NCBI GenBank assembly: GCA_004764695.1
Contig: SMSO01000032.1
Location: forward strand, 7,596,483-7,660,482
Length of the DNA stretch: 64,000 nt
Source: Schizochytrium sp. TIO01
Lineage: Eukaryota > Protista > Bigyra: Labyrinthulomycetes
Direction: 5' to 3'
Below, in pieces: positions 23,075 through 34,210 of the stretch. Made by a program: the position numbers and the translations under genes. Within the stretch, counting starts at the first letter, position 1; each line of letters opens with the position of its first letter. The notes beneath the pieces are model-generated. The model worked only from the letters and a program-made list of their open reading frames with translations, was not told the DNA's origin and searched no databases.

Positions 23075-26000
23075 TTATTCTTTGAGGAGCTTCTGCGCAC
23101 GAGCCCAGATAGTTTCAAGAGCCTCCTTTCCATTGCTAGCACCTTCATTGTCTAGAACATCTTGAAGGTCTGCAAGGATTTGCTGCGCAGCAAAGTTGCG
23201 CTGAAATGCTGCAGACTGTTGTTGGCCTTCATTGATAATTTCTTCAGGGAGCTTTGCAAGACGTGCAACGTTCATTCCATGACTGTCGGCTATGCCGCCT
23301 ACCAATTTGTACAGAAAAGTCACATCCGTATCGTTCTCTGCGAAGTAGGACATGTGGCCTGTCTTCACATAAGATAACTCTTCGCACTCTTGCACCAAAG
23401 AATGGTAATGTGTTGCAAACATGATACGGCATCGGAGGTCGTCTGCACAGAGACGCTCAACCACAGCATGTGCAATAGCGGTTCCGTCAAATGTTGAAGT
23501 ACCACGGCCCAACTCGTCTAAAATAACCAGCGAAGTTGGTGTTGCGTGGTGTAATACAGTTGCTGTTTCGTCTAGCTCCACAAAAAATGTAGACTGTCCA
23601 GCCATGATCCGGTCGCTTGCACCAAGGCGAGTAAAGATGCGATCAACGGGGGTCAATGTACAAGCTGCAGCAGGGACATAGCAACCAATCTGAGCCATAA
23701 TGACGGCTACACAAGTCTGTCGAAGCAACGTAGATTTACCACCCATGTTTGGACCAGTAAGTAGAAGGCAAGTTTGCGCACCACCCACGGAGACATCATT
23801 GGGAACAAAAGTTCCACCAGCCTGCTCTAAAAGCTCAGCAACACAAGGGTGGCGAGACTCTTGTAGTTCGAGCACGGGGTGTCCTTCTGGGTCAGGACCA
23901 ACAATTGTAGGAACGCACATTGGCGAATCATCAGTGCCATTTCCGGAAACAAGGGCCAGGGACAAAAGGCAGTCGAGATCAGCAATTGCATGCATGCAGC
24001 GACTCCAAACCTTTCGCTTCTCATCAAATTTCTCGAAAACTTGGCGAGTAGCGTCAGCTTCCTCGCTCTCCAAGGCCGATTCTGCAAGAGTAAACTCATC
24101 CAAAAGTTTGAGAACACGCGTTGTATGGAATCGGCGTGCGCCTTTCTTTTTGGTCTTCATTTTCCATCCACGCGGGGCATCACCCTTGAGCACATTATCA
24201 GGGACCTCAATTTGGAATCGTTCCTTGTTCTTGGCGACTGCAGGATGCCAAAACTTGATGCTTTGATTTTTGGGAGCCCCTAGCTCCTTCTTGGCACTTT
24301 GCAAGGCGTCTTCCATATCGGCCTCGATGCGTTCCTTGTTTGCCACTGCTGCATCGTAACCCTTGGCAACTCCAGGGCGGGGAACAATCGCTCCTAAGCG
24401 TTGAGCCTTGGCTGCATCAAATGATCTTTGAAAGTAGGCCAATGTCTCAGACATATCAACTGGCGAGGTCGCAGTGGTCGTAGCACTTTCGTCACATAGA
24501 ATAAAACGTCTCAGGCATTCGTATAACTCTGTGTTTTCTTCGCACTTTTCCTTAACCGTATCACCGAATTTTGTCAAGATTGATTGAACTGTTTCCATTC
24601 CCTTGAGAGTCTTGAGCAAACTTGCAATCTTGCTTTGGTTGTACTTGGCGGCATCGTATAGCACAGCTTTCACATCCGGATGGTCTTTCGGCTTTTGCAG
24701 ACCGATAGTATGAATACGCATGAGAAGGCGTTCAAGATCAGGAAGACTTCCCAGACTTGAGCGAAGGGAGACAAGAGTTTCACTGTCTTCTTGAAAAAGG
24801 TTCACCAAGGCCGTAACCATATCCTGGCGTCGAAGAATTGCACGACGACTCTGTAGTGGTTCGCGTACCCAATCACGCAACTGACGCTTGCCAAATCTTG
24901 TCTTGCACTTGTCCAGAAACGCAATCAGCGTGCCTTCCTCCCTGCGGCGCGAGGAAGTGCTTTCAAAGATTTCGAGATTAGACAATGCTTGGCCGTCTAG
25001 TACCATTGGATGTTGATGCTGCTGGATATCACTGTCCACATCTAAAGCATCATCATTCATATCATCCGCTTCACTTGAGCTGTTTTCTCCTTGGCTTCCT
25101 GGAAGCGTATATTGCTGGAAAATCCGCATGCTGAAAAGCTCGTGATCAATCTTTGCACGTACAAGAACATGCCAGCATGCACATAACGCCGCAACGCCAG
25201 CCTCATGTTCCTGCGAAGGTTTGAGTTGGCTGCTCTTGTTATCAAAGAGCTTGACCCAAAACCCAGAAGGAAATCCCTCGTCCTTAAAGTATTCATTTTG
25301 CATCTTGGTGAGCTTGCTAGCACACTCCAGAGCACGTTTGGAGCAGCTTACTGCTTGGCTGCTCGGAATTTCAGTATAAAGCACAGAGCCGTAGGCACCA
25401 GGTGCATTAGGCACCATGTGACGTAGAACCGATATGGAAGCGTCACTGAGATTGTCCTGGAAAAATGCCACTTCAGCAACGCCTTCGCGGGCCAAAAGCA
25501 TGCGCAGGCGAGCACGGTTTGCAGTATCGTCAAATTGCCCAATGGAAAAACGCCCAGTGGTTGGGTCCAGTAAACAGAGGCCAAACGTCACATCTCCTCT
25601 GTCAGATGTAGGGTGTTCAAACAAAGATAAAAGTTGAACACGAGAAAGATTTCCGCCATTCATATCACCACCATCGCGCACAGTCAAGGTGCGCGTTCCG
25701 GGACTCAGAACAGAGCAGATTGCACGTTGAACACAGCCAGTCTTCTTGCCAGTCCTTTGTTGCATCATCTCAGGAGTTTCAACTTGCTCCACACGGGCAA
25801 CCCGAAATCCAAGAGAGACAAGTTTTTCACTATATTTGCCGTAGGCAGCTTCTGGAAAACCACAGTGAGCTGTATCACCTTTCATGTACACGAGATCTAA
25901 GTACCGCACGCCTGCGTCTGCATCCATATGGTAAAGCTCGTAGAATTTGCCAACCTTGTAAAAGAGTACAGAATCAAGAAGCTGAGACTTGAACTCCCAC

Positions 26001-27121
26001 CAATTCCGCATTGCTGGTGTGATCTTTCGCGCTTGCAAGTGCGGGGCATGTGCGCTCGGCTTGCCATCAAAATACGCCTCAGGGACATACAATGTCGACG
26101 CATCATATCCAGGTTCACCAGGAGAACGCCGTTGTGCATCCTTTACCTTATCCAAAGCAAGCCACGGCAGATGGTGATGTTCGTGATCGCCAGCGTCCAT
26201 GACACCAACACGGGGAGAAGAAGGAGCAGTCGAGGCAGAGGCAGCTCCAAACTTTCGCGGTGGCGTAGCGAGACCCGATACAGAAATGGGAGAATGGTTT
26301 CCTGCAGTCAGAGCTGGGCTTCTGCCAATAGCAGAGGCAGCAGAACGAGGTGCCGTTGATGGTGCAGGTTTGGTTTTCTTCGGAGTCATCATTGTTGAAG
26401 GTTTGCTAATTATGCTGGACTTACGCTTCGTACTAGCCGCGGCGGTCTTCTTTGCAGGTTTAGAAACCTCTTCGCCTTCGCTGTCGCTCTCAACTACACC
26501 AGCACTGGCATCGTCATCCTCTTCCTCACCACCGCTGGAGGCATCCTTCATAACAAAGTCCTCGTCGTCTTCATCATCATTCAAATCCTCGTCTTCGTCA
26601 TCATCGCTATCTAAGAGGACCTTTCGTTTCTTTTGGCGAAGGGTTTTCTTTGATGCTGATCTAGTTGGGCGAGATGTTGAACTAGGGGTCTTCTTAGTTT
26701 CGGCCTTAGTAGGGGTAGTGGCCACTACTGTCTTCTTTGCTTCATCTTTCTTTGGCTTGGCAGGGCTGGTTTCAACAGCAGGGGAGCTCTGCTTTAACAC
26801 AGTAGGCTTTTCCTCCGCGGGCGCCTCTAGCTTCATCTTTTTGGTCAGATGACCATTAACACGGCCGCCTTTGTCGAATTTGCTCTCAGCTTCTTGAACC
26901 GCTGCCAAGAAAATATCGTCATCGGCAATGTCATCCTTTACTTCCTTTGCTGTGTCCGGTGCTGGTCTGACAGCAGGTTTCGACGAGACCACGGGAGACC
27001 TTTTGGATGGGGTAGATTCAAGTTTGGCGCTAGAGTTTAGTGACTTGCTTGGGGTTGTAGAAGTTGATGTAGAGGGCTTTTTGGCAAATCCAAATGCAAA
27101 GAGGCCGCCTTTCTTTGACAT
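23075..27121 (-). CDS. MSH6: DNA mismatch repair protein MSH6
   Basis: Mismatch-binding FYKVGKFYELY, Walker A TGPNMGGKSTL, DRIFTRLGASD, GQSTFFVEL, Walker B ILDELGRGTSTFDG and FATHYH. Long disordered N-terminus starting with a PIP-like LFAFGF. Confidence 0.96.
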   Translation of the reverse strand: MSKKGGLFAFGFAKKPSTSTSTTPSKSLNSSAKLESTPSKRSPVVSSKPAVRPAPDTAKEVKDDIADDDIFLAAVQEAESKFDKGGRVNGHLTKKMKLEAPAEEKPTVLKQSSPAVETSPAKPKKDEAKKTVVATTPTKAETKKTPSSTSRPTRSASKKTLRQKKRKVLLDSDDDEDEDLNDDEDDEDFVMKDASSGGEEEDDDASAGVVESDSEGEEVSKPAKKTAAASTKRKSSIISKPSTMMTPKKTKPAPSTAPRSAASAIGRSPALTAGNHSPISVSGLATPPRKFGAASASTAPSSPRVGVMDAGDHEHHHLPWLALDKVKDAQRRSPGEPGYDASTLYVPEAYFDGKPSAHAPHLQARKITPAMRNWWEFKSQLLDSVLFYKVGKFYELYHMDADAGVRYLDLVYMKGDTAHCGFPEAAYGKYSEKLVSLGFRVARVEQVETPEMMQQRTGKKTGCVQRAICSVLSPGTRTLTVRDGGDMNGGNLSRVQLLSLFEHPTSDRGDVTFGLCLLDPTTGRFSIGQFDDTANRARLRMLLAREGVAEVAFFQDNLSDASISVLRHMVPNAPGAYGSVLYTEIPSSQAVSCSKRALECASKLTKMQNEYFKDEGFPSGFWVKLFDNKSSQLKPSQEHEAGVAALCACWHVLVRAKIDHELFSMRIFQQYTLPGSQGENSSSEADDMNDDALDVDSDIQQHQHPMVLDGQALSNLEIFESTSSRRREEGTLIAFLDKCKTRFGKRQLRDWVREPLQSRRAILRRQDMVTALVNLFQEDSETLVSLRSSLGSLPDLERLLMRIHTIGLQKPKDHPDVKAVLYDAAKYNQSKIASLLKTLKGMETVQSILTKFGDTVKEKCEENTELYECLRRFILCDESATTTATSPVDMSETLAYFQRSFDAAKAQRLGAIVPRPGVAKGYDAAVANKERIEADMEDALQSAKKELGAPKNQSIKFWHPAVAKNKERFQIEVPDNVLKGDAPRGWKMKTKKKGARRFHTTRVLKLLDEFTLAESALESEEADATRQVFEKFDEKRKVWSRCMHAIADLDCLLSLALVSGNGTDDSPMCVPTIVGPDPEGHPVLELQESRHPCVAELLEQAGGTFVPNDVSVGGAQTCLLLTGPNMGGKSTLLRQTCVAVIMAQIGCYVPAAACTLTPVDRIFTRLGASDRIMAGQSTFFVELDETATVLHHATPTSLVILDELGRGTSTFDGTAIAHAVVERLCADDLRCRIMFATHYHSLVQECEELSYVKTGHMSYFAENDTDVTFLYKLVGGIADSHGMNVARLAKLPEEIINEGQQQSAAFQRNFAAQQILADLQDVLDNEGASNGKEALETIWARAQKLLKE

Positions 27122-27981
27122 CTTTACGAACGTTAAGAATTACTCGCTGACGAATCAAAAAAGAGTCTTGTACAATTAAAGCTGCAAAAGGATTCTGATC
27201 AATATAAGCAGAAAGTAGGATCGAGTCCTTTCAAAGGATCGGTATGCAGAGATACCAACCTCCTCGCACAGCAGGCACGACCTGGTGATTCTGTCAAGGT
27301 TCACAAGTCTTGGTTAGTACTTCGGGGCCCAGACTGGGAAACCTGTTCTGCCTTGTAGGGGATCTCTTAGGGAGGATAAAATCCCTCGTGCCCCCCAAGG
27401 CTGTGGTCTAGATCGTAGAACAACTGTACAACGCAGCGCACGCAAAAGTTTTGCAGTGCGCAGGTTTTGTTGTTGTGGTTCTGCTCTCTCCTCTCAACAT
27501 ATTAAAAATCGACGGTGAACCCAACCACCGCATAGTTTCTGTACTTTCTTAGGCTTTTCTACTAGATACCATCATGACATGTCTTCCAGACAATAGAATA
27601 AGAATAAAATCTATTCTTATCGTGCTCTTCGATATGGAATCGGTGTCGAGTTTTGTTTGTATATTCACGGTGGCCTTGAGAGAACCCAAAACTAAAGAAC
27701 GAAGTCTAAAGTCGCGATGACAATGGTCAAGGTGAACATGCGTTTCAATGTCGAAGGAAAGACCCAAAGAGAATAAAGCTCCAGTTTTTCATTTTAGTCC
27801 TCCAGAACTCATGGTGGTCTATTAGAATTTTCATATGTCATCGCAATAAGCATCATCAAATGATGTAGACAAAGTCGCAGGGGCGAGCGGTTATCAAAAT
27901 TGGGTTTGCAGGTTTCTAAAATACTAATAACTAGCGTTGTGCAACGTTTAATAAAGTTAATTATCGATTCTAAATATTACC

Positions 27982-29601
27982 TCATTTGCTTAGTGAGAGG
28001 TTTTCGTAGAGAGAAAGATATGCCTCTGAGCGACCAACAATATCTGGTGCCGTGGCTTGAACATGCAAGTTTTGTACCTCATACCATTGACTTTCCGGCT
28101 TACTGTAAACATGAGCTGAATAAGACGCGTTGTGAATGACAGGAATGCTCTCGCGTTCTGCCTTTTTCGCGTTTGATGAAGTCGTTGTAGGGCCTGAAGT
28201 CTCGGCAAACGCAGATGGATCAGCAGAGTGATGGCAAAGATTACCAACAAGGTTGTACTTGTTAGATGCAATCGGACGTAAGGATGGCACAGTCAATGGA
28301 AAACCATGTTTCGACCTCTTACGTTTTCGTGAAACCTCTTCTTTTTTGCTATCTACTACACTAGAAAGTTTAAAAGGAGTCATGTCAAGACTATGAATAC
28401 ACAAGTCAACAATAGTGGAGTTCTTCTCTACAGAAAACTGCGTCTTGATGAAACGGTTCATGTGCATAATGATATATGGAGGGAGCTTAGTGATCCGGTA
28501 TCTCCTTCTATGAATACTCCCATTTACCACGGAATCAAAGAACTTCTTGCCGTTGAATTTTTGTAAGGCTTCCCGAATATCAATTTCGGGAATCAAAGAT
28601 TTGCCCTCTCGACCTTCTTTAAATAAGGGTGATGCTGGAAGCTCAAGCGAAAGTAAAAGCGCAGGTACCTTTTGGGAAGTGATCGTTGAAGATTTGTTGG
28701 CTGACGATGAGCTCGATGAGGTTGCACTTCTGTGCTGCGTGTTACTCTCGGTGTCTCCCTGCTCCTGTTTCTCCTTTTCCTTTTCAAAAGTACTTAGCTC
28801 CTCCATCATAACGCTAAAGTCTTTAGCAGAAGCTAAAATTTCGGTTTCAATTAAAACCTCTCCCTGGAAACACGAATGGATAATACTTGAACCCGACTTA
28901 TGGGAACCACCAAGACCAATATGAAGCTCCCGCATCAACCACTTGAGAAAGTCCGCAGCATCCGCTTGGCAGTCAATGTCAAATTGATTTTTACTTGCCC
29001 ACGCCACAGTTTGCAAGAACTCATGCGCACTCACACTCGCTTTTATCTTGCGACTGCTCCAGATCTTGCAAACAAGCTTTCCGAATGCCTGGACAACGTC
29101 ACTACGTGAGTTTTTGTAGTTGTCCTCTTGGAGGAAAAAGTCCCGCAAAGGAGTAACATGTGAGAGAAGTTGCATGACAGCATTGATATAGTCTGCCCTA
29201 CCTATCTCGTTCATGGGTGTGATACCTCGAAGATAATTGGTCCCAAAGATGTCCGATTTTTTTAGAACCACTTTATCCAGATCTCGGATCTCCTCGTTCG
29301 TAAATTGAGGGTACAAGTTGTAGCGAATATCGTTTAAAGAGGTATCTTTGACCTCATAGTTGTCAGGTAAGCAATATACCTTGCCATCACTCAAATTCAT
29401 AAACACATAGTGATTAGCCTGAACAGAATGAGTCTCGGCGGGAGTACCATGACCGCGCCCTTGAAAATATTTTCCACAAACCAGACAGGCATAAACATTG
29501 TGCGTCTCAAGAGTCACACTACAGACCTTTTCAAAGTCAAAGTTTAACGTCTTGCGGTTCACTGTGTCCAAGTAAGGGCACTCGCGACTCACCTGTGCCA
29601 T
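27982..29601 (-). CDS. USP39: U4/U6.U5 tri-snRNP-associated protein 2 (USP39/Sad1 pseudo-deubiquitinase)
   Basis: CPYLDTVNR...DFEKVCSVTL...NVYACLVCGKYFQGRG, YCLPDNYEV, Asp at the catalytic Cys position (DYINAV), and WYEVQNL...SEAY. The first ATG is at 29601. Confidence 0.93.
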   Translation of the reverse strand: MAQVSRECPYLDTVNRKTLNFDFEKVCSVTLETHNVYACLVCGKYFQGRGHGTPAETHSVQANHYVFMNLSDGKVYCLPDNYEVKDTSLNDIRYNLYPQFTNEEIRDLDKVVLKKSDIFGTNYLRGITPMNEIGRADYINAVMQLLSHVTPLRDFFLQEDNYKNSRSDVVQAFGKLVCKIWSSRKIKASVSAHEFLQTVAWASKNQFDIDCQADAADFLKWLMRELHIGLGGSHKSGSSIIHSCFQGEVLIETEILASAKDFSVMMEELSTFEKEKEKQEQGDTESNTQHRSATSSSSSSANKSSTITSQKVPALLLSLELPASPLFKEGREGKSLIPEIDIREALQKFNGKKFFDSVVNGSIHRRRYRITKLPPYIIMHMNRFIKTQFSVEKNSTIVDLCIHSLDMTPFKLSSVVDSKKEEVSRKRKRSKHGFPLTVPSLRPIASNKYNLVGNLCHHSADPSAFAETSGPTTTSSNAKKAERESIPVIHNASYSAHVYSKPESQWYEVQNLHVQATAPDIVGRSEAYLSLYENLSLSK

Positions 29602-30307
29602 AGTTTGAAGGTCGTTGAAGAGCGCCACAGATGAACTTTGTTGATGCTTGAGAATACTACCCTCACAACTCAAAACACCTTTATTAAAACACCTCTACAC
29701 GTGAGACGGGGGTAGGATGACAAGCTTGGTAAACCAGATATGCTGCAGTTCGAAAGGTTGGACTGCCCGGTGAGTTAGTTTTTAGATTTCTTTGTCTCAT
29801 CACTAAAACCAAAGGGTGGGCATCTCAGCGAGCGCTATGGCGTTTCAGCGAACCTATCTATTTGTGATTTTATCATATTTTGTTTGATTTTATTCTCGAA
29901 CTGTGAATAATGTCTGTCAGACGTAACCTCTACCTAGAGGAGCGATACTTGCTACTCAAAGTCCACTGTCATCGTAGGAGATTGTCATTAGCGAAGAATG
30001 TTAAATATTTTGATTTGCTTTATGTTTCTACGTCGGGAGGGATCTTCGAAGTTACTGGATAATGAATGATCAAAAATTGAATGAGAAGCCTTCTCTTTGC
30101 AAGATTAGCTGGTTTTCTGGAGCCTCTCGTTTCCGGCCATTAAATCAGAAATATAAAAATGTAACGCTCCTCTTCAATTCCTATTTTAAAGAGATGGTTT
30201 TTCCCTAAACATCGCGACCTGACCGAAAAACCAGCGCGACCTGACCTTGAGCTAGAGTTTCCTTTCTGCCAATCCAAACTCTGAAAATCTTTCAACTCGG
30301 GAAAAAA

Positions 30308-30333
30308 TATAATAATAATAATAATAATAATAA
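30308..30333. repeat. (AAT)n microsatellite
   Basis: Read directly from the sequence. Confidence 0.9.
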
Positions 30334-31250
30334 AATCGCAACCAAGCTTATATTATTAATTGAATTCAAGTTGTATCGGGAAATTAAGAAGAAATAACTT
30401 GAGGCCCACCCAATTACGAATTAATGAGGATATCTTAGAATTCAGCGCTTAAATTTAGAGGCCCCATCGCTACAGTTGGCGCAAAGTTTTCAACAATTGA
30501 AATCATATTGAATCTCAAATGATTTATATGCGGTTTTTCGTTTGTAAAACTTGTTTCGGGTTTTAAAATTGAATTATTACGCTCCTTCTGGTGCTTGAAT
30601 TTCTCTTTCAATATCAATTTGTTTGTTCTGTTTATTCCTTTTCAATTATTAAAATCACCATGTGAGCTTTAAGGTATTGTTATGGAATTTTGATCCTTAT
30701 GATGGCGATTTTCCTACTCCACGCCCCTTCGAAGACTAATATGGCATAATCCAAACAGGCTCACTCTAACGTGCTACATACTTCTTTCACTGATAGGCGT
30801 GGCACCGTATTAAATATTCAATCCAGAATATAATGCGATGGCACTTCAACGTGGTGCGAACAGACCCGAATCAGCCAAGCTCGAACTTTGCGAATAGGAC
30901 TATATAAGGGTTTGCATAGGGTGCAAGCCAAGCTACTATATAGTGTTTCCTAAAATGATCCTGGAACGATACGAGAACAGGACCAGAACGATAATTTCAT
31001 GTGCCAGGATTGTTAGAATGTATTACGAGTGATCTGCGGAAGATCCGTGCACGCGACTGGACACCTTGGTTAGTGGAAACAGTCTGCAGAAGGTATATAT
31101 AAAGAGCACAATTGCGGCTCAAGATACTCAGATCTTGCTACAAGCAAATCCTCAACGTTGACTTGAAAAAATCAACACCACTATATATATTTGCAAGTTC
31201 ATAAACCCAAGAACTCTTCATCTGCCAAATAAGGCATAAGAGAACCAGAG

Positions 31251-33071
31251 ATGAATTATTCTGAGAAGTCTTGGGATATAGAATCCCAGCTTGAGAACTT
31301 GGATGAGTCGTGGACCGTTGTAAGTGCATCCTCGGCTCAACACGCAGGGTTCGCTTCGTCTGTAGTGTCTGGTGTTTCTGAACGTACCACCCAATCACTA
31401 AAGGAGCTTGAAGGGTGGTCCTTATGTAGCGACTGCGAGTTCGAGAGCAACAGCTGTTGTAGCCAATTCTCTGATTTACTCACCCATAGGGTGAGGCAGG
31501 AGCAAACCAATTATGCTCTGTCTGAGGATTCCCCAACATCGAGTGCAGACACTGTAAGTCTTGAGCAAGCTAGACTTGATCTCTTTGGAAAGCTATCTAG
31601 CTCTGATTCGAATGGATATGACGAATCAATGAAAGATGGTCTCTCACGTTTAATTGAGATGTGTCTGGCACGAGGAAATAGCGCCCATTCAGAGCAAGAC
31701 GGGTGTCATATCTGCAAGTCGACAATTCAGAATCCCGTCCTATTGGGTAGTGGAGACATTGTTCACACCAGCTCCGCATATGTGGAAGACCATCGAATTC
31801 CCGGTCGTCGTTTTAGGAACAATCGCTATGTGATGTGGGCCGGCAAAAGTATTACTCGCAAGTGTCTCCGCAATTGTTGTAACACAAGTAAAGATGAGCT
31901 TGTGGTTATGCGGCCTAAAGTCGATGTAATCACCGCAATTGATGAATGCCTTTTCTCTTTACATCCACCACCAACCATTCGAAACAATATTTCCCTCTCC
32001 AAACATAAACGTTGGGACTTTGAGGAAGTGTTGTCACAATATTGTGTTGGAGTGCCCACCAGCAAAATCAACTATCAAGGCAATGAAGAGGTAACCTATG
32101 AAGTTCCTATTATTGGTGAAGTGGCAAGTGCGCAAACCAAGCAGGTGTTGGATTCTCAGCACGAGCGTTATCGGCTCTTGCGGAGCGTTTTCGAAGTCGT
32201 TCATCGGGGGGATCCATTTCGTGTTCGACTACTTGGAGAGTATCCCGAAGGACCCCCCAGTGAGGAGTTCGAAGAACTTCGCTTCAGACTTCGAGTCACC
32301 CGAGGTGTATCAAGTAATTCCGTCAATGTTTCTCAGGCCAAATGTAGAAATGGAAAATACGATGCTTACTTTAATCCTGGGTTTGATGAACGAGCTATGC
32401 TAGAAGCAAATTTTGACCTGCCTGTAAATGTTTGTGCAGTAAGTACAGCTGCTCGGCGGCCTACTTTAACTCAATTTCCGGACAAGCAGTGGTTTGATCT
32501 TTATTACCCGAAACGTTCGCAATGGAAGGGGCCTTCCTATAAAACTTTTGACACGCGCTACAACTCTCAGCATGACGAATTATTTTATCCTCAATACGTC
32601 CTCCAGTACAGGCCATCACATAACAGTGCCTGGTTTACACTTGGTACTTTTAAAGGTCCACAAAGTAATTTTGAGGAACGTCTGCAAATGCTCAACACTG
32701 CTGAAAATACAAACGCTTACAACGGTGTGCGTTGTGTTGCCCTACGTTGGATCGTCCCAGCTTTTGGCCTCGCATCAGCAGAAAAACGCGGCCTACGAGT
32801 ATCCGTTTTTGGCAATACTGGGAGCAATGTTGACAATGCTATCTTAAAATCCGGGTATGATAAGGCGACCTTGGGTGATCAGAATCCCAACAAATCAACA
32901 GTTTGTTATACAGTGGTCAAGAAGAGTGAGAATCAATTCAAGCCCAAGAAAAAGAGCACCGGTCGTTCCTGGGATAAAGAGGGCCTAATGCTTGCAAAAC
33001 GTACCCGCCAAGGTCTCAAGCAAGAGGTACGTGATGGTCTCCGTGAATACAAGCACTTTGGTCCCATTTAA
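31251..33071 (+). CDS. Hypothetical protein with a C-terminal discoidin/F5-8 type C-like domain
   Basis: 606-aa ORF. The segment LEANFDLPVNVCAVSTAAR...YVLQYR...WFTLGTFKG...CVALRWIVP...GLRVSVFG follows the discoidin fold pattern. Confidence 0.65.
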   Translation: MNYSEKSWDIESQLENLDESWTVVSASSAQHAGFASSVVSGVSERTTQSLKELEGWSLCSDCEFESNSCCSQFSDLLTHRVRQEQTNYALSEDSPTSSADTVSLEQARLDLFGKLSSSDSNGYDESMKDGLSRLIEMCLARGNSAHSEQDGCHICKSTIQNPVLLGSGDIVHTSSAYVEDHRIPGRRFRNNRYVMWAGKSITRKCLRNCCNTSKDELVVMRPKVDVITAIDECLFSLHPPPTIRNNISLSKHKRWDFEEVLSQYCVGVPTSKINYQGNEEVTYEVPIIGEVASAQTKQVLDSQHERYRLLRSVFEVVHRGDPFRVRLLGEYPEGPPSEEFEELRFRLRVTRGVSSNSVNVSQAKCRNGKYDAYFNPGFDERAMLEANFDLPVNVCAVSTAARRPTLTQFPDKQWFDLYYPKRSQWKGPSYKTFDTRYNSQHDELFYPQYVLQYRPSHNSAWFTLGTFKGPQSNFEERLQMLNTAENTNAYNGVRCVALRWIVPAFGLASAEKRGLRVSVFGNTGSNVDNAILKSGYDKATLGDQNPNKSTVCYTVVKKSENQFKPKKKSTGRSWDKEGLMLAKRTRQGLKQEVRDGLREYKHFGPI

Positions 33072-33142
33072 AGAGAAATTGACACTGTGAGAAGAATCTA
33101 CGAGAGATCCCGCAATGCTATTAGCAACAAATAAATTAAAAA

Positions 33143-34210
33143 TCAAAGTTCCACCTCTGCTGCATCTGCTTCGATCTCTGACTCATTAAAGAAATCGTCA
33201 ACTACGGAGGGCTGAACAGCTGTGGTGCTTGAATCATGTTGATTAGGTAATTCTTTTATGATTGGACCATGTGATGGTTGAACAAGCGTAGTCCCGCGAA
33301 CATGTGTATTAGTAAACGAACCAGCACTACCGAATCTACCATCATGGTGCTGTACTTTCTCTGTGTTAGCTTCTACAGATGTATGCTTATGAGATAAACT
33401 TAAATTTGTACCACCATTTGAATAAGAGTTATACAGTTCACTCTGTTGGCGTGCCAAGGCGAGATTTCGAGCTTCAGTTTGCCGTACAAGCTCTTCAATA
33501 TATGAGTTGACCTCGAGTCGTAATTCTAACAAAGTTTCAGCCATCTCCATGAGTAACTTTGAAGCAGCACCAGCAGCTAACTTTGGTTCACGAGTGGCAA
33601 CAAGCACAGATGAGTTTGTAGAATCCCAGAATTGAAGATTGGGCAAATGCCAAGAGGAAACATCTAGCGCAGATGCCAAGCTCGAGAACGGGTCAGAGCT
33701 ATCATCATTGATTGGAACTGGATCTGAAACCCGTTGTCTGAGACGGTCCCTTCGCACTGCCTCGTCTGACGAGGCTCGTTCAAAGGCTCCAGAGCTGAAA
33801 GGGAACAGTGAGAATAGAGAGGTACCAGACTCAGAAGCAGCAGCTTTGAGTCTTTCACAGCGGTCAAGTTGATCCTTGAGGTCTGCAATTAAAGATGTGC
33901 TCTTTTGAACAAGTGCAACGGGATCCAAATTAAGGTTTTCTGCGCGGGGTCGAATGCGTTCGACTCGGGTCTCTTTGCTTCTTTCCCAAATAGGCTCAAC
34001 TAAAAGCAGTGTGTCTGCCAAAAGCTCCCACTGCTCTTCTTGACCTTTTCGGGCTGCCTCCCGGCCAGCGTCTCGACATAATTTGCACGGCAACAGGGCA
34101 TCGCGCCGAAGTTCTGAAACGAGTTTTTCGAGTTCTGCTACACGTCTCTCTGCATTAACTGCACGTCTACGTAGAGCTGTTTCTAATACAGTTTCGTCAC
34201 GGTCCTCCAT
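33143..34210 (-). CDS. Hypothetical coiled-coil protein
   Basis: 355-aa ATG-initiated ORF with heptad-like segments (RRVAELEKLVSELRR; LLELRLEVNSYIEELVRQ). No family recognised. Confidence 0.7.
   Translation of the reverse strand: MEDRDETVLETALRRRAVNAERRVAELEKLVSELRRDALLPCKLCRDAGREAARKGQEEQWELLADTLLLVEPIWERSKETRVERIRPRAENLNLDPVALVQKSTSLIADLKDQLDRCERLKAAASESGTSLFSLFPFSSGAFERASSDEAVRRDRLRQRVSDPVPINDDSSDPFSSLASALDVSSWHLPNLQFWDSTNSSVLVATREPKLAAGAASKLLMEMAETLLELRLEVNSYIEELVRQTEARNLALARQQSELYNSYSNGGTNLSLSHKHTSVEANTEKVQHHDGRFGSAGSFTNTHVRGTTLVQPSHGPIIKELPNQHDSSTTAVQPSVVDDFFNESEIEADAAEVEL

Noticed and set aside
27982-29601. Missing catalytic Cys in the USP domain as a novelty
   Set aside because: Expected: USP39/Sad1 is a known pseudo-deubiquitinase.
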